Below the pieces are notes generated by a model that had not been told where the DNA came from, did not search any database, and worked only from the letters and a program-made list of their open reading frames with translations. This document shows, piece after piece, positions 20,348 through 30,343 of a stretch of 64,000 bases of DNA. The position numbers and the translations under genes were made by a program. Every line of letters begins with the position of its first letter. The first letter of the stretch is position 1. Origin of the DNA: an uncultured delta proteobacterium (lineage in GTDB: Bacteria; Myxococcota; Myxococcia; Myxococcales; Myxococcaceae); assembly GCA_963771175.1 (NCBI GenBank), contig CAVYSY010000011.1, positions 32,001 through 96,000 on the forward strand, read 5' to 3'.

Positions 20348-23077
20348 CTAGCCGGCGGCGGACTGGACGCCGACCACGCCCGCCGGCGCGGCCACGGGCG
20401 CCTGGGGCTTGAACCCGAGCAGCCGGAGCGCGTTGGCGACCACCAGGAGCGTGCTGCCCTCATGCAGCACCACCGCGTGGCTGATCTGCGTGAGCCCGAA
20501 GACGGCGGCGATGATGAGCACGCCGCTGACCCCGAGCGCGATGACCAGGTTCTGCCGCATCACCGCGGTCGCCTTGCGGGCGAGCCCCAGCGCGAAGGGC
20601 AGCTTGGAGAGGTCATCGCTCATCAGCACCACGTCGGCGGTCTCGAGCGCCGCATCGGAGCCGGCGCCACCCATCGCCACGCCCACGGCGGCGGCGGCGA
20701 GCGCGGGAGCGTCGTTCACTCCGTCGCCGACCATCGCCACCGGACGCTCCTTGCCCAGCTCCCGGACGGCGGTGACCTTGTCGGCGGGCATCAGCGGCGC
20801 GCGCGCCTCGTCGAGCCCCACCTGCGCGGTGATCGACTTCGCCACGCGCGCGTTGTCGCCCGAGAGCATGACCGTCCGCTCGATGCCGGCCTGCTTGAGG
20901 GCCTGGATGACGTGGGACGCACCGCTGCGCACGGTGTCGGCGACGCCGAGCACCCCGAGGTAGCGCCCCGACCTGCGCACCACCATCGTGGTCTGTCCCG
21001 CCTCCTCCAGCTTCCGCACCTCCGCGGAGATCTCCGCCGGAACGGTCTCGCCCTCGAAGAGCGCGAGGCTGCCGACCTCCACCGGCTCCTCGCCGAGCTT
21101 CGCGCGGATGCCCTTGCCGTGGATGGCCTCGAGGTCCTTGCCCGCCGGGGCCTGGATGCGCTGCTCGGTCGCGGCATCCACCACGGCGCGCGCGAGCGGG
21201 TGCGCGGAGAGCGACTCGACCGACGCGGCGGTGCCGAGCAGCTCCTCGCGAGTGACTCCCTGCGCCGGAGCGGTGGTGAGCAGCTTGGGACGACCGACGG
21301 TGAGTGTGCCCGTCTTGTCGAAGGCGATGGCCCGGACGCCGCCGAGCAGCTCCAGGTAGATGCCGCCCTTGACCAGCACGCCGCCCCGGGCCGCCGCCGC
21401 CACCGCGGACAACACGGCGGAGGGCGTGGAGATGGCCAGCGCGCACGGGGATGCGGCCACGAGCAGCGACACCGCCCGCAGGATGGCCTCCTTGAACGGC
21501 GTCCCCAGCAGCATGAGCACCACCGGGAACACCACCGCGCCAATCATCACCAGCGGCGCGAAGGTGCGCTCCAGCCGCTGGGCGAAGCGCTGGTTGGGAC
21601 CCTTCTGGGCCTCGGCCTGGGCGACCATGTCCACCACGCGCGCGAGCACCGAGTCGGAGGCGTGGCGGGTGACCTCCACCTCCAGCAGGCTCTCGCAGTT
21701 GATGGTGCCGGAGAACACCTCGTCTCCCGGCTTCTTGGGGACGGGGATGGACTCGCCGGTGATGGCCGCCTGCTCGAGCGAGCTCTTGCCCTCGCGGATG
21801 ATGCCGTCGAGCGGAACGCGGTCACCCGGGCGCACGACGATGCGCTCTCCCGGATTGACCTCGCCCACAGGGACCTCGACGACGTCGTCCCCACGCCGGA
21901 CCCGCGCCACCTCGGGGCGGAGCTCGGCGAGCGATTCAATCGACCGGCGCGCGCGCTCCATCGCCCGGTGCTCGAGCGCATGGCCCGCGCTGAAGAGGAA
22001 GAGGAGGAACGCGCCCTCGAACCAGGCTCCGAGGAACGCCGCGCCGAGCGCCGCCACCACCATCATCGTCTCGATGTCGATGCGGAGCTGGGCGATCGAC
22101 TGCACCGAGCCACGGATGGCGAAGAAGCCGCCGCTCGCCATCGAGAGGCCCCAGACAATCGTCGGGACCAGGGGCGAGACCGGGGCGAAGCGCTCGAGGA
22201 GCCAGCCGGCGACGAGCAGGACGCCGGAGGCCACCACCAGCGGCAGCTCGAGCAGGGGAGCCAGGCCGCCGCCGTGCGCGTGGTGCGAGCAGACGTGACC
22301 GGCGGTGGGCACCTCCAGCCCATACCCGAGTGACTTCACCCGGGCTTCCACTTCGGGGAGCTTGAGCTCCTCGCTGTCGTACTCGATGACGAGGCGCTCG
22401 CTCGCGTACGCCACGCTCGCGGAGAGGACGCCCTTCGTCCGGCTGACGGCGTGCTCGATGACCGTCGCCGAGTCGGCCGAGTCCATTCCGCGCACGAACC
22501 AGGTGTGGTGCTTGTAGCGCTTCGCCACCACGGCGCCGGTGCTCTGCGCCAGCTCAATCAACTGCGACGCGCTCACCAGCTCGGGCTGGTAGTGGATGCA
22601 GACCTCGGCATGACCCGCGTCGCGCCGGAGGTGGACGTCGGAGATGCCACGGTGCGCTTCGAGGGCGGCTTCGAGCTTCTGGAAGCGGCCCACGTCGTCC
22701 GTCTCACCCGGCAGGGCGCCCTCGAGATCGAGCTGGAGCGCCACGCCTCCGCCCTCCGCGGGACGGTTCCCGGGAGGGCGGATCCGCTTGGGGCGGGGGG
22801 GGTGATGGTGGTCATGACCATGGTCACAGTCGGGGCCGTGCTCGTGGTCATGGTCGTGAGCCTGAGAGTGATCGTGGTTGCACCCCGGCCCGTGCACGTG
22901 CTTCTCGCCGTGCTCGTGTGCGTGGGCATGCTGCTCGTGGCCGTGGTCGTGCTTGCACCCCGGCCCGTGCACGTGCTTCTCGCCCTGCTCCTGCGCGTGG
23001 TCGTGCTTGCAATCAGGGCCATGCACGTGCGCGGGCGCCACCCCGAGGATCCCAACGATCTTCTTATGCTCCGACAT
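20348..23077 (-). CDS. Heavy-metal P1B-type ATPase (P1B-4-like) with His-rich N-terminus
   Basis: ITGES, SPC, DKTGTLT, HP, GDGVNDAPALA, HEGST; two degenerate HMA-like domains; start MSEHKK at 23077. Confidence 0.93.
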   Translation of the reverse strand: MSEHKKIVGILGVAPAHVHGPDCKHDHAQEQGEKHVHGPGCKHDHGHEQHAHAHEHGEKHVHGPGCNHDHSQAHDHDHEHGPDCDHGHDHHHPPRPKRIRPPGNRPAEGGGVALQLDLEGALPGETDDVGRFQKLEAALEAHRGISDVHLRRDAGHAEVCIHYQPELVSASQLIELAQSTGAVVAKRYKHHTWFVRGMDSADSATVIEHAVSRTKGVLSASVAYASERLVIEYDSEELKLPEVEARVKSLGYGLEVPTAGHVCSHHAHGGGLAPLLELPLVVASGVLLVAGWLLERFAPVSPLVPTIVWGLSMASGGFFAIRGSVQSIAQLRIDIETMMVVAALGAAFLGAWFEGAFLLFLFSAGHALEHRAMERARRSIESLAELRPEVARVRRGDDVVEVPVGEVNPGERIVVRPGDRVPLDGIIREGKSSLEQAAITGESIPVPKKPGDEVFSGTINCESLLEVEVTRHASDSVLARVVDMVAQAEAQKGPNQRFAQRLERTFAPLVMIGAVVFPVVLMLLGTPFKEAILRAVSLLVAASPCALAISTPSAVLSAVAAAARGGVLVKGGIYLELLGGVRAIAFDKTGTLTVGRPKLLTTAPAQGVTREELLGTAASVESLSAHPLARAVVDAATEQRIQAPAGKDLEAIHGKGIRAKLGEEPVEVGSLALFEGETVPAEISAEVRKLEEAGQTTMVVRRSGRYLGVLGVADTVRSGASHVIQALKQAGIERTVMLSGDNARVAKSITAQVGLDEARAPLMPADKVTAVRELGKERPVAMVGDGVNDAPALAAAAVGVAMGGAGSDAALETADVVLMSDDLSKLPFALGLARKATAVMRQNLVIALGVSGVLIIAAVFGLTQISHAVVLHEGSTLLVVANALRLLGFKPQAPVAAPAGVVGVQSAAG
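22878..22984. repeat. 32-bp direct repeat inside the ATPase His-rich region
   Basis: TTGCACCCCGGCCCGTGCACGTGCTTCTCGCC at 22878-22909 and 22953-22984; encodes GEKHVHGPGC twice. Confidence 0.9.
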
Positions 23078-23084
23078 GGTGCTC

Positions 23085-24063
23085 CTAGTGGCCGTGACCG
23101 CGGTGCCGACGGGCGGGAGAGGCGACGGGGGCACTCACCGGCTCGGGTGCGCGCTCCTCCTCCTCGTGGTGGTCCTCGTCCTCGTGCTCCTCGGGAATCG
23201 TCTGGGTGAAGCGCTGGCCCGCCACCTCGAGGGTGAAGGCCTTGCACGTGGGGGGCACGTCGAACTCGAGCACCGCGGGCAGCCGGCCCTCGTAGACCTT
23301 GAGCTGCTTGCCCTGTTCGTCGGAGATGGTCCCGCCCGCGGCCACGGTCATCGTCTCGTCGACGAGCACCGCGACCAGCTCGGCCATCTCCTCCATCCGG
23401 TCGGCGATGCGGTGGCACCACAGGTGGCCCACCCCCGGATACGTCTCGTGGGAGACGGCCTCCATCTGCTCTTCGTCCACCTGGTCACCCACCCCGACGA
23501 ACACGAAGTTCATTCGGGGCAGGCGGCCCGCCGCGATCTCCTTCGCCACCTGCGTGGCGTAGGCCATCACGTCGTTGCTGTCGTTGATCTGCGAGTCGGT
23601 GATGATCACCGCCAGGCCTCGCTTCGCACCCGTCGAGACCTGCTGCTTCATGTGGGCCACGAAGTCACGCAGCACCGGGAGCATCACCGTGGCCTTCCCG
23701 TAGAAGCGAGGGCCAGGGAAACGGTAGTCCTTCGCCTGCGGACCGGTCGAGCTCGCCGACCTCCTCCAACTGGCTCCCGTCTCCGGTGGCCCAGTAGGCG
23801 ACGCGCACCTTGCCGTCGCGGTCCTTGTTGGCGAGGTACTCGAGCATCCACCGCATCTGGGGCTCGACCAGGTTCTTCACCGGCGCCAGCTTGGCGAGCA
23901 CGCCGCGCGGGCCGTACTCGTCCTCCATGCTCGCCGATCCATCCATGTAGAGGGCCACATCCAGCCCCTCCACCGTCGGGTCGTGCAGCAGCGTGGCGGT
24001 GACCTTGTTGCCGATCCGGTGAACGTCCGAGAACGGCTTCGCGATGACTTCGTGGCCAGCCAT
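23085..24063 (-). CDS. vWA-domain protein, paralogue 2 (frameshift near 23745)
   Basis: YMDGSASM, VIITDS, NFVFVGVG; tail EEHEDEDHHEEEE...RRHRGHGH; starts in TGATG overlap with paralogue 1. Confidence 0.85.
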
Positions 24064-25007
24064 CAGTGATGATCCTCCTCGTCCTCGTCCTCGTCGTGGT
24101 GGTCCTCGTCCGGCAGCGGCTGGGTGTAGCGCTGGCCGTTCACCTCGAGGGTGAAGCTCTTGGCGCCCTCGGGCACGTCGAACTCGAGCACCGCGGGCAG
24201 GCGGCCCTCGTAGCTCTTCAGGATCTTGCCCTTGTCGTCGTAGATGGTGCCGCCGGCGGCGACGGTCATCGTCTCGTCCACCAGCACCGCCACCAGCTCG
24301 GCGACCTGGGTGATCTCCTTGGCGATGCGGTGGCACCACAGGTGACCCACGCCCGGGTACTCGATGTGGGCGATGTGCTCGAGCTGCTCCTCGTCGATGT
24401 TGTCGCCGACGCCCACCAGCACGAAGTTCATCCGCGGCAGCCGGCCGGCGCGGATCTCCTTGGCGACCTCGGCCGAGAAGGACTCGACCTCTTCCGGATC
24501 GTGCAGCTTGCCGTCGGTGACGATGACCGCGCACCCGCGCCTGGCGCCCTGGGGAATCTGCTCCTTCAGGTAGCGCACGTAGTCCTTCAGCGCCGGCGAC
24601 AGGTGCGTGTAGTTGCCGAGCCGCTTGGCGCCCGGGAACTTGTAGCTCTTGACGTCCACGCCCTTCAGCTCACCGACCACCTCCACGTCCTTGCCGCTGG
24701 CGCCACAGGCCCAGTAGGCGACGCGGAGCAGACCGTTGCGATCCTTCGTCGCCAGGTACTCGAGCATCCACTGCACCTGGGGCTCGACCTGGTTGGACTC
24801 CTCCTTCTGCGGGGCACCGCGCAGCCACTCCAGGAAGGAGCGCGAAGGCCGCGTGTACTCGTACTCATCCTTCATGCTGCCGGACGCGTCCATGTAGATG
24901 GCCATGTCCAGGCCCTCGACGGTGGGATCGTGCAGCAGCACCGCGCGCACCTTTCCGTCCTCGAGGTGGAGATCCGAAAACGGCTCGACCGGCTTCTCGT
25001 GTCCCAT
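24063..25007 (-). CDS. vWA-domain protein, paralogue 1
   Basis: MIDAS-like YMDASGSM, VIVTDG, FVLVGVG; tail DEDHHDEDEDEEDHH. Confidence 0.88.
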   Translation of the reverse strand: MGHEKPVEPFSDLHLEDGKVRAVLLHDPTVEGLDMAIYMDASGSMKDEYEYTRPSRSFLEWLRGAPQKEESNQVEPQVQWMLEYLATKDRNGLLRVAYWACGASGKDVEVVGELKGVDVKSYKFPGAKRLGNYTHLSPALKDYVRYLKEQIPQGARRGCAVIVTDGKLHDPEEVESFSAEVAKEIRAGRLPRMNFVLVGVGDNIDEEQLEHIAHIEYPGVGHLWCHRIAKEITQVAELVAVLVDETMTVAAGGTIYDDKGKILKSYEGRLPAVLEFDVPEGAKSFTLEVNGQRYTQPLPDEDHHDEDEDEEDHH

Positions 25008-25065
25008 CTGTCCCCTTTCAGAGTGCCGAGACGGTAGCGTCCGGCAGGCAACGACCGCAACCTAC

Positions 25066-26439
25066 TCACTCCTCGAAATCGGACATCCAGTCCGGCTTCT
25101 TCGCGGATTCCGGAGCGGGAGCGGCCGGCTCGCGGCGCTTGCGCTCGGGGGACGAGGGCGGACTCGGAGACTTGCGCTCGGATGGCGCGGACGGACCTGG
25201 AGTGAAGTCGGCCATCCAGTCCTTCGAGGAGCTCGCCTGCTGGGGCGTGGAGATGGCCCGCCGGGGCGGCGGAGTCATCTCGGAGGCGCGGGTGAGCTTC
25301 GCCTTCTTCTTGCCACCCGGTGGCGTGTGCGCGTCGAGGAAGTCCCGCATCCAGTCGTTCGGGCGTGCTGGCGGCGGAGGCGGTCGGGGTGGGATGACTC
25401 GCTGGACCGGGAGCGACTGCGCGACGGCGACGGTGGGAGTGAACCCCGGCTTCGCAGGTGCGCCATTGCCGGGGCGGACCAGGGCTCGGAGCGCACGCTC
25501 CGTCTCGCTGGGCCATCCGGGAAGCACCTCGAGGGCGCGGCGCGCGAGCTCGAGGAACTCGGGAGTGGTGGCCTCGCGGGGGACCTTCACCTTCTCCGCG
25601 CGCAGCCACTCCGCCAGCCGGTTCACCAGCCCCGGGTGGTTGCGCCGCAGGGTGGCCACGTCGTCCTTCACCTCGTAGCCGCGCGACTCCAGCTCCGCGA
25701 TGGCCATGAGGCGGCTGGGGACGGGCAGCTCCAGCTCGGCGATGGCCTTCGGGCCGCCGTGCTCGCGGGCGTACTCCTGGAGTTGGTCGAGCGCCTCGCG
25801 CAGGATGGTCGCCACCATCGGGTCGTTCGCGACGTTGTGGGCCTGCAGCTCGGGAGGCACCGCGGGGTAGGCCAGCACCAGCCCCCGGCCCTCGGCGATG
25901 CGCTCGGCCCGGTCTCCCGGGAACAGCGCGTGGTAGCTGCGCGGCGCGGTCTTGCTCTCGGGGTCCTGCACGTACTGGAAGGCCTCGGGCGCGCCCTGCA
26001 CCAGTCCGGCGAGCAGGTCCCCGCGCGTCATCGTGAGCTGTCCCGGCACGCGCATCGGCGAGGCGCTCGGCCAGGGCCCCATCAGGGTTCCATAGAGGTA
26101 GACCGGATCATTGGCCCCCTCCGCGTCCGCCGGGTGCTCGACGAGCTCCACCGAGAAGAGGAAGAGCTCGGCCGCCGAGATGCGCCGGGGCGTCTGGCCG
26201 GAGGCGAGCTCGTGGTGCGTGAGCTGGGCCTTGGTGCTGGCCGGCAGGTGCTCTCGCTCGCTCGCGGGCAGGACGTGCACGTTGCCCGCGATGTCGGTGC
26301 AGACAATCCATTCCTGCTCGCCGACGTATCCGGCCTGCAGGCGGAAGGCGTCCATCGCGTGCACCACCGCGGCCGGGTCGGGTTGGATGGCCTCGGCCGG
26401 GCTCGCGGCGTGGGGAACGAAGTAGCGGGGATGGCTCAC
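25066..26439 (-). CDS. Hypothetical protein with Pro-rich C-terminus carrying three DWMxDF motifs
   Basis: Long ORF with GC-rich third positions; NDWMRDF, KDWMADF, PDWMSDF; start uncertain. Confidence 0.75.
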   Translation of the reverse strand: MSHPRYFVPHAASPAEAIQPDPAAVVHAMDAFRLQAGYVGEQEWIVCTDIAGNVHVLPASEREHLPASTKAQLTHHELASGQTPRRISAAELFLFSVELVEHPADAEGANDPVYLYGTLMGPWPSASPMRVPGQLTMTRGDLLAGLVQGAPEAFQYVQDPESKTAPRSYHALFPGDRAERIAEGRGLVLAYPAVPPELQAHNVANDPMVATILREALDQLQEYAREHGGPKAIAELELPVPSRLMAIAELESRGYEVKDDVATLRRNHPGLVNRLAEWLRAEKVKVPREATTPEFLELARRALEVLPGWPSETERALRALVRPGNGAPAKPGFTPTVAVAQSLPVQRVIPPRPPPPPARPNDWMRDFLDAHTPPGGKKKAKLTRASEMTPPPRRAISTPQQASSSKDWMADFTPGPSAPSERKSPSPPSSPERKRREPAAPAPESAKKPDWMSDFEE

Positions 26440-26505
26440 GGGTGACCCGCGAGGCTCCCGCAACTGGCCAGGGCGATCAAGTGCCCAGGCGTGAACCCGC
26501 CTGGC

Positions 26506-28023
26506 TCAACGCCGCGCGGAGAGCGTGGCCCCGTCCTCTCCCAGCGGATGGAAGGAGTTGTCATTCGCCCCGGGACGGCCCAGCCCCCGGTGCACCGCGG
26601 GCTCCGAGGCGCTGACGGGGCCCACGTAGAAGATGCCGTGGTAGCCCGACTCGTTCCGCTTGCCGAACAGGTGGACGAAGTACCGGTCCCCGTTGTCCTT
26701 GCCAGTCGCTGGTTTCACCCCGCACTCCAGCTTCTGGCTCTGGTCCCCCACCGCGCAGATCCACGCCGAGCCGCTGTCGTAGGCCACGTCCAGCGCCACC
26801 ACGCTCTCGAGCTGCCGGGACAGCAGCAGACCCATGGGGCGGTAGTTCGCATCCCAGGGGATCCCCTGGGTGGTGCGCGGGTGGACGTTGCCGGACACCA
26901 CGAGAAAGAAGCGCTCCGGCTCCTGGCGCACGCGCGAGAGCACCGCGGCGGCCATGGCGTCCTCGTGCGGCTGGCCCGTCAGCTTGGGGCTGTCGAACAC
27001 GAACGCGTCCACGTCCATCCCCTGGGCGCGGAGCTGGCGCAACTGCTCCAGCAGGTTGGCCATGGCCTCGCTGCTGCGCCCGTCCGGGAAGGGGGTGCGC
27101 CAGAAGGGCGCCTCCATCAGCTTCAGCCAGTCGTCGTCCGTGCCGGCGCTGCGGATGAAGGTGGCCACGCGCTCCTGGTTCTCCACAGGCAGCTCCAGCC
27201 CCACCGTCACCGGCATGCCGTTCGCAGCCGCCTGGCAGGCTCCCTGCGCGATGAAGCGGGGCACCTCCCGCGTTCCGTGCAACTCGCCCAGCAGCAACAC
27301 GCCCCCGCGCTTCACCTGCGGCGCCAGGCCGATGATGGGCAGTCCACACTCGACCGCCAGCGCCGAGGCCGGCGCCTCCTTCGCCTCCGGGGCCCGGGCC
27401 ACCGCCGTCACCGGCACGGCCACTTCCTTCTTGGTCAGCTTGGGCGCCACCGCGCGGAACACCTTCCACTCCATCGCCATGTCGCGCGTGCCCTGCGCCG
27501 AGCCGGCCACGATGCCATTGTCCCCTCGCGAGACGCCGGTCATCGCCTCCATGTCCTCGATGCTCAGGTTCGCCCCGAGCTTCCCGGTCAAGACCCCATC
27601 CTCACCATTTTCAATCTCGCTACCCCCAGGCCCTCCACCCATCAGCCCCCGGCTAATGCTCCAGTCGATCTCATCTCCCGCTGGGGACAGCGTCCTGTTG
27701 GCGCTCCGGGTAATGCGGATGACCCACAGCTTGCCGCGGGTGGGCGTCTCGCGCTTGCCCAGCACGAGATAGCGGTGCCAATAGCCCGCGACCCGCGAGC
27801 CGCCGAACTCCTCGCGCCACTCCGTCTCCAGGACGAAGCTGCCCTTGTCCTCGCGGAAGGGCAGCTTGCTGTCGGTGAAGAACTGGCGGACGGAGGGCCA
27901 GACCTCCTCGAGGGGCGCGTCATAGATGGCTTCCTCGTTCGGAATCCACGAATCCCCCAGCCGCGAGGCGCAGCCCGCAAGCAAGATCGTGAGCCCCATC
28001 ACAATCATCAACGCCGAGCGCAT
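26506..28023 (-). CDS. Lipoprotein with C-terminal EreA/ChaN-like domain
   Basis: Lipobox LAGC; LLLGELHG, VGLEL, SGNVH pattern in the C-terminal half. Confidence 0.65.
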   Translation of the reverse strand: MRSALMIVMGLTILLAGCASRLGDSWIPNEEAIYDAPLEEVWPSVRQFFTDSKLPFREDKGSFVLETEWREEFGGSRVAGYWHRYLVLGKRETPTRGKLWVIRITRSANRTLSPAGDEIDWSISRGLMGGGPGGSEIENGEDGVLTGKLGANLSIEDMEAMTGVSRGDNGIVAGSAQGTRDMAMEWKVFRAVAPKLTKKEVAVPVTAVARAPEAKEAPASALAVECGLPIIGLAPQVKRGGVLLLGELHGTREVPRFIAQGACQAAANGMPVTVGLELPVENQERVATFIRSAGTDDDWLKLMEAPFWRTPFPDGRSSEAMANLLEQLRQLRAQGMDVDAFVFDSPKLTGQPHEDAMAAAVLSRVRQEPERFFLVVSGNVHPRTTQGIPWDANYRPMGLLLSRQLESVVALDVAYDSGSAWICAVGDQSQKLECGVKPATGKDNGDRYFVHLFGKRNESGYHGIFYVGPVSASEPAVHRGLGRPGANDNSFHPLGEDGATLSARR

Positions 28024-28241
28024 CCGAGTCCCTCCTGGAAATGTGACCCGGCTATTCAACGCCTCGGGCGCGAGGGCATATCGCCGCCCGGTGGAAAGGG
28101 GGCAGGGGAGCGGCTCGCCCGGGGCCAGGAGGGCTGGTTCCGGGGAAATGCTGCTCCTTCCCTCGTCCTACCCATTGGATCGAGTGCTTCATGTAGTTCA
28201 TGATCACGCTTGGTATCGCGTCACGTACAGGGGGGCGGACC

Positions 28242-28931
28242 GTGAGGCTCCTGCTCGTAGAAGATGAAGAGAAGATGGTGGGCCTGCTGCGACAGGGTCT
28301 GGGCGAAGAGGGGCACGAAGTCCACGTGTGCACCAGCGGTCGCACCGTGCTGAGCCAGGAGAGGCCGGAGGACTACGACGTCATCATCCTGGATTGGTCC
28401 CTACCGGACATGGAGGGGGTGGCGGTGTTGCGTCAGTGGCGCGAGGCGGGCGTGCAGACGCCGGTGCTGATGCTGACCGCCCGGGGCACCACTGGCGAGA
28501 AGGTGATGGGGCTGCGCGCCGGGGCGGACGACTACCTGGTGAAGCCCTTCGATTTCGATGAGCTGCTGGCTCGGCTGGAGGCCCTGCGCCGCCGGGGCGA
28601 ACAGCAGGGCGGGCCGGTCCACCTGGGCTCGGTGTCGTTGGATTCTCGCCGCCGGGTGCTGCGTCGTGGGCTGCGCGAGGAGTCGCTCACCGCGCGCGAG
28701 TTCTCCCTCCTCTCCGTGCTGGCGCGCCAGCCCGGCGAGCCCCAGGTGCGCACCCGGTTGATGATGCAGGCCTGGGGACCGGACTTCGAGGGCAGTCCCA
28801 ACGTGCTCGAGGTGTACGTGGGATACCTGCGCACGAAGCTGGAGCGGCTGGGCGCCGAGGACGTCTCCATCCGCGCCGTGCGAGGCGTGGGGTATGTGCT
28901 GCGTGTCGAGCAGGGGAGCCGTGCTCCATGA
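28242..28931 (+). CDS. OmpR-family response regulator
   Basis: LLLVEDE, IILDWSLP, GADDYLVKPF, VYVGYLRTKL, VRGVGY. Confidence 0.95.
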   Translation: MRLLLVEDEEKMVGLLRQGLGEEGHEVHVCTSGRTVLSQERPEDYDVIILDWSLPDMEGVAVLRQWREAGVQTPVLMLTARGTTGEKVMGLRAGADDYLVKPFDFDELLARLEALRRRGEQQGGPVHLGSVSLDSRRRVLRRGLREESLTAREFSLLSVLARQPGEPQVRTRLMMQAWGPDFEGSPNVLEVYVGYLRTKLERLGAEDVSIRAVRGVGYVLRVEQGSRAP

Positions 28932-30343
28932 CGCTCACCCGGCGCCTGTGGCTGCTCGGGGCGCTGGTGCCGGCACTGGTCACCTTGAGCGCTCTCGTCG
29001 TCGCCGGTCAGCTCTTCCGGTTCGATCTGGAGGCCTCGCTGGACCGGGCCCTGCTGGCCCAGGCCGCGGTGGAGAGCGTCAGCCTCTTCGACGGCCCCGG
29101 ACAGAAGGTGCACCTGCACATGGCGGTGTCGCCGCTCGTCGAGCAGGTGCGCCCTTTCGCTCCCCAGGGCCAGCTCTTCGGCTCGGACGGGCGGCTGGTG
29201 ATGCACTACCCTCCGCTGCTGGAGGGTGAGTCCGTCGGCGACGTGCTGCTGCCGGGTGAGCCCGGGACGCCCCCCCAGCTCGCCACCCGCGAGTTGCCGG
29301 ACGGGACGCGCTTGCGCGAGGTGGTGGTGAGCGTGCGCTCGCCCCAGGGGGCGCTGTACGCGTTGCGCCTGTCCGCGCTGCTGTCGCAGGTGGATGGCTC
29401 GGTGCGCAGCTACTACCGCATGGCCCTCTCCCTGGCCGCGCTCACGGGGCTGCTGCTGCTGGTGCTCCAGACGTTCCTCGCCCGTCGCATGGCGCGCCGG
29501 TTGGGCGCCATCACCCGCCACCTGTCGCTGCTGCGCGAGGGGGACTTCGCGCACGCGCCTCCTCCGGACGGTGGCTCGGACGAGATTGGTCAACTGCGCG
29601 AGGTGCTCGCCGAGGCCATGGACAAGTTGCGCGGCGCTCGCGAGGCCCAGGATCGGCTCATCGCCGACGCGGCCCACGAGCTGCGCACCCCGCTCACCCT
29701 CATGCGCACGCAGATGGACCTGGCGCTGCGGCGCGAGCGGAGCGTCGAGGAGCTGCGCGCCTCCTTCCGCGAGGCCCGGCGCGAGGTGGATAGGTTGGCC
29801 GTGCTGGCCGGCGAGTTGTTGGACCTGGCCGCCGCGGGCCGGGGGGAGTGGGACAGGCAGAAGGGCAACCTGGCCGAGGTGGTGCTCCAATCGGTGGAGG
29901 CGGCGCGCGCCGAGGCGGAGGTGCGTGGGTTGCTCATCCGCCTGGAGTCGCCCGCGCACGAGGAGGCGTGGTTCGACGCGGGCGGGGTACGGCAGGCGGT
30001 GGACAACCTGCTGGCCAACGCCCTCAAGTTCTCACCCAGGGGAGGGGAGGTCCACGTGCGGCTGTGGCGGGCGCAGGAGCGGTTGCGCATCCGCGTGGCG
30101 GACGAGGGCCCGGGCATTCCGCCTTCGGAGAGGGAGTCGGTATTCGCTCCCTTCCGGAGGTTGTCCGGCTCCGGCTCCGTATCTGGGGCAGGGCTGGGGC
30201 TGGCGATCGTCCGCGAGGTGGCGCTGCGCCACCAGGGCCGCGTCTGGGTGGAGTCGAAGACAGGCCGGGGGGCGGCGCTCGTGCTGGAGCTGCCGGCCGG
30301 GGCTCCCTCGGCATTGCCGTCCTCTCGCGGCCAGGCCGCCTAG
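28928..30343 (+). CDS. Sensor histidine kinase (HAMP-HisKA-HATPase)
   Basis: Two TM helices, HELRTPL, NLLANALKF, DEGPGI, GAGLGL; ATGA overlap with regulator. Confidence 0.95.
   Translation: MTLTRRLWLLGALVPALVTLSALVVAGQLFRFDLEASLDRALLAQAAVESVSLFDGPGQKVHLHMAVSPLVEQVRPFAPQGQLFGSDGRLVMHYPPLLEGESVGDVLLPGEPGTPPQLATRELPDGTRLREVVVSVRSPQGALYALRLSALLSQVDGSVRSYYRMALSLAALTGLLLLVLQTFLARRMARRLGAITRHLSLLREGDFAHAPPPDGGSDEIGQLREVLAEAMDKLRGAREAQDRLIADAAHELRTPLTLMRTQMDLALRRERSVEELRASFREARREVDRLAVLAGELLDLAAAGRGEWDRQKGNLAEVVLQSVEAARAEAEVRGLLIRLESPAHEEAWFDAGGVRQAVDNLLANALKFSPRGGEVHVRLWRAQERLRIRVADEGPGIPPSERESVFAPFRRLSGSGSVSGAGLGLAIVREVALRHQGRVWVESKTGRGAALVLELPAGAPSALPSSRGQAA

Noticed and set aside
22878..22984. 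CRISPR-like repeat-spacer (32-bp repeat, 43-bp spacer)
   Set aside because: Only two identical copies, in frame within the ATPase His-rich region, and no cas genes.
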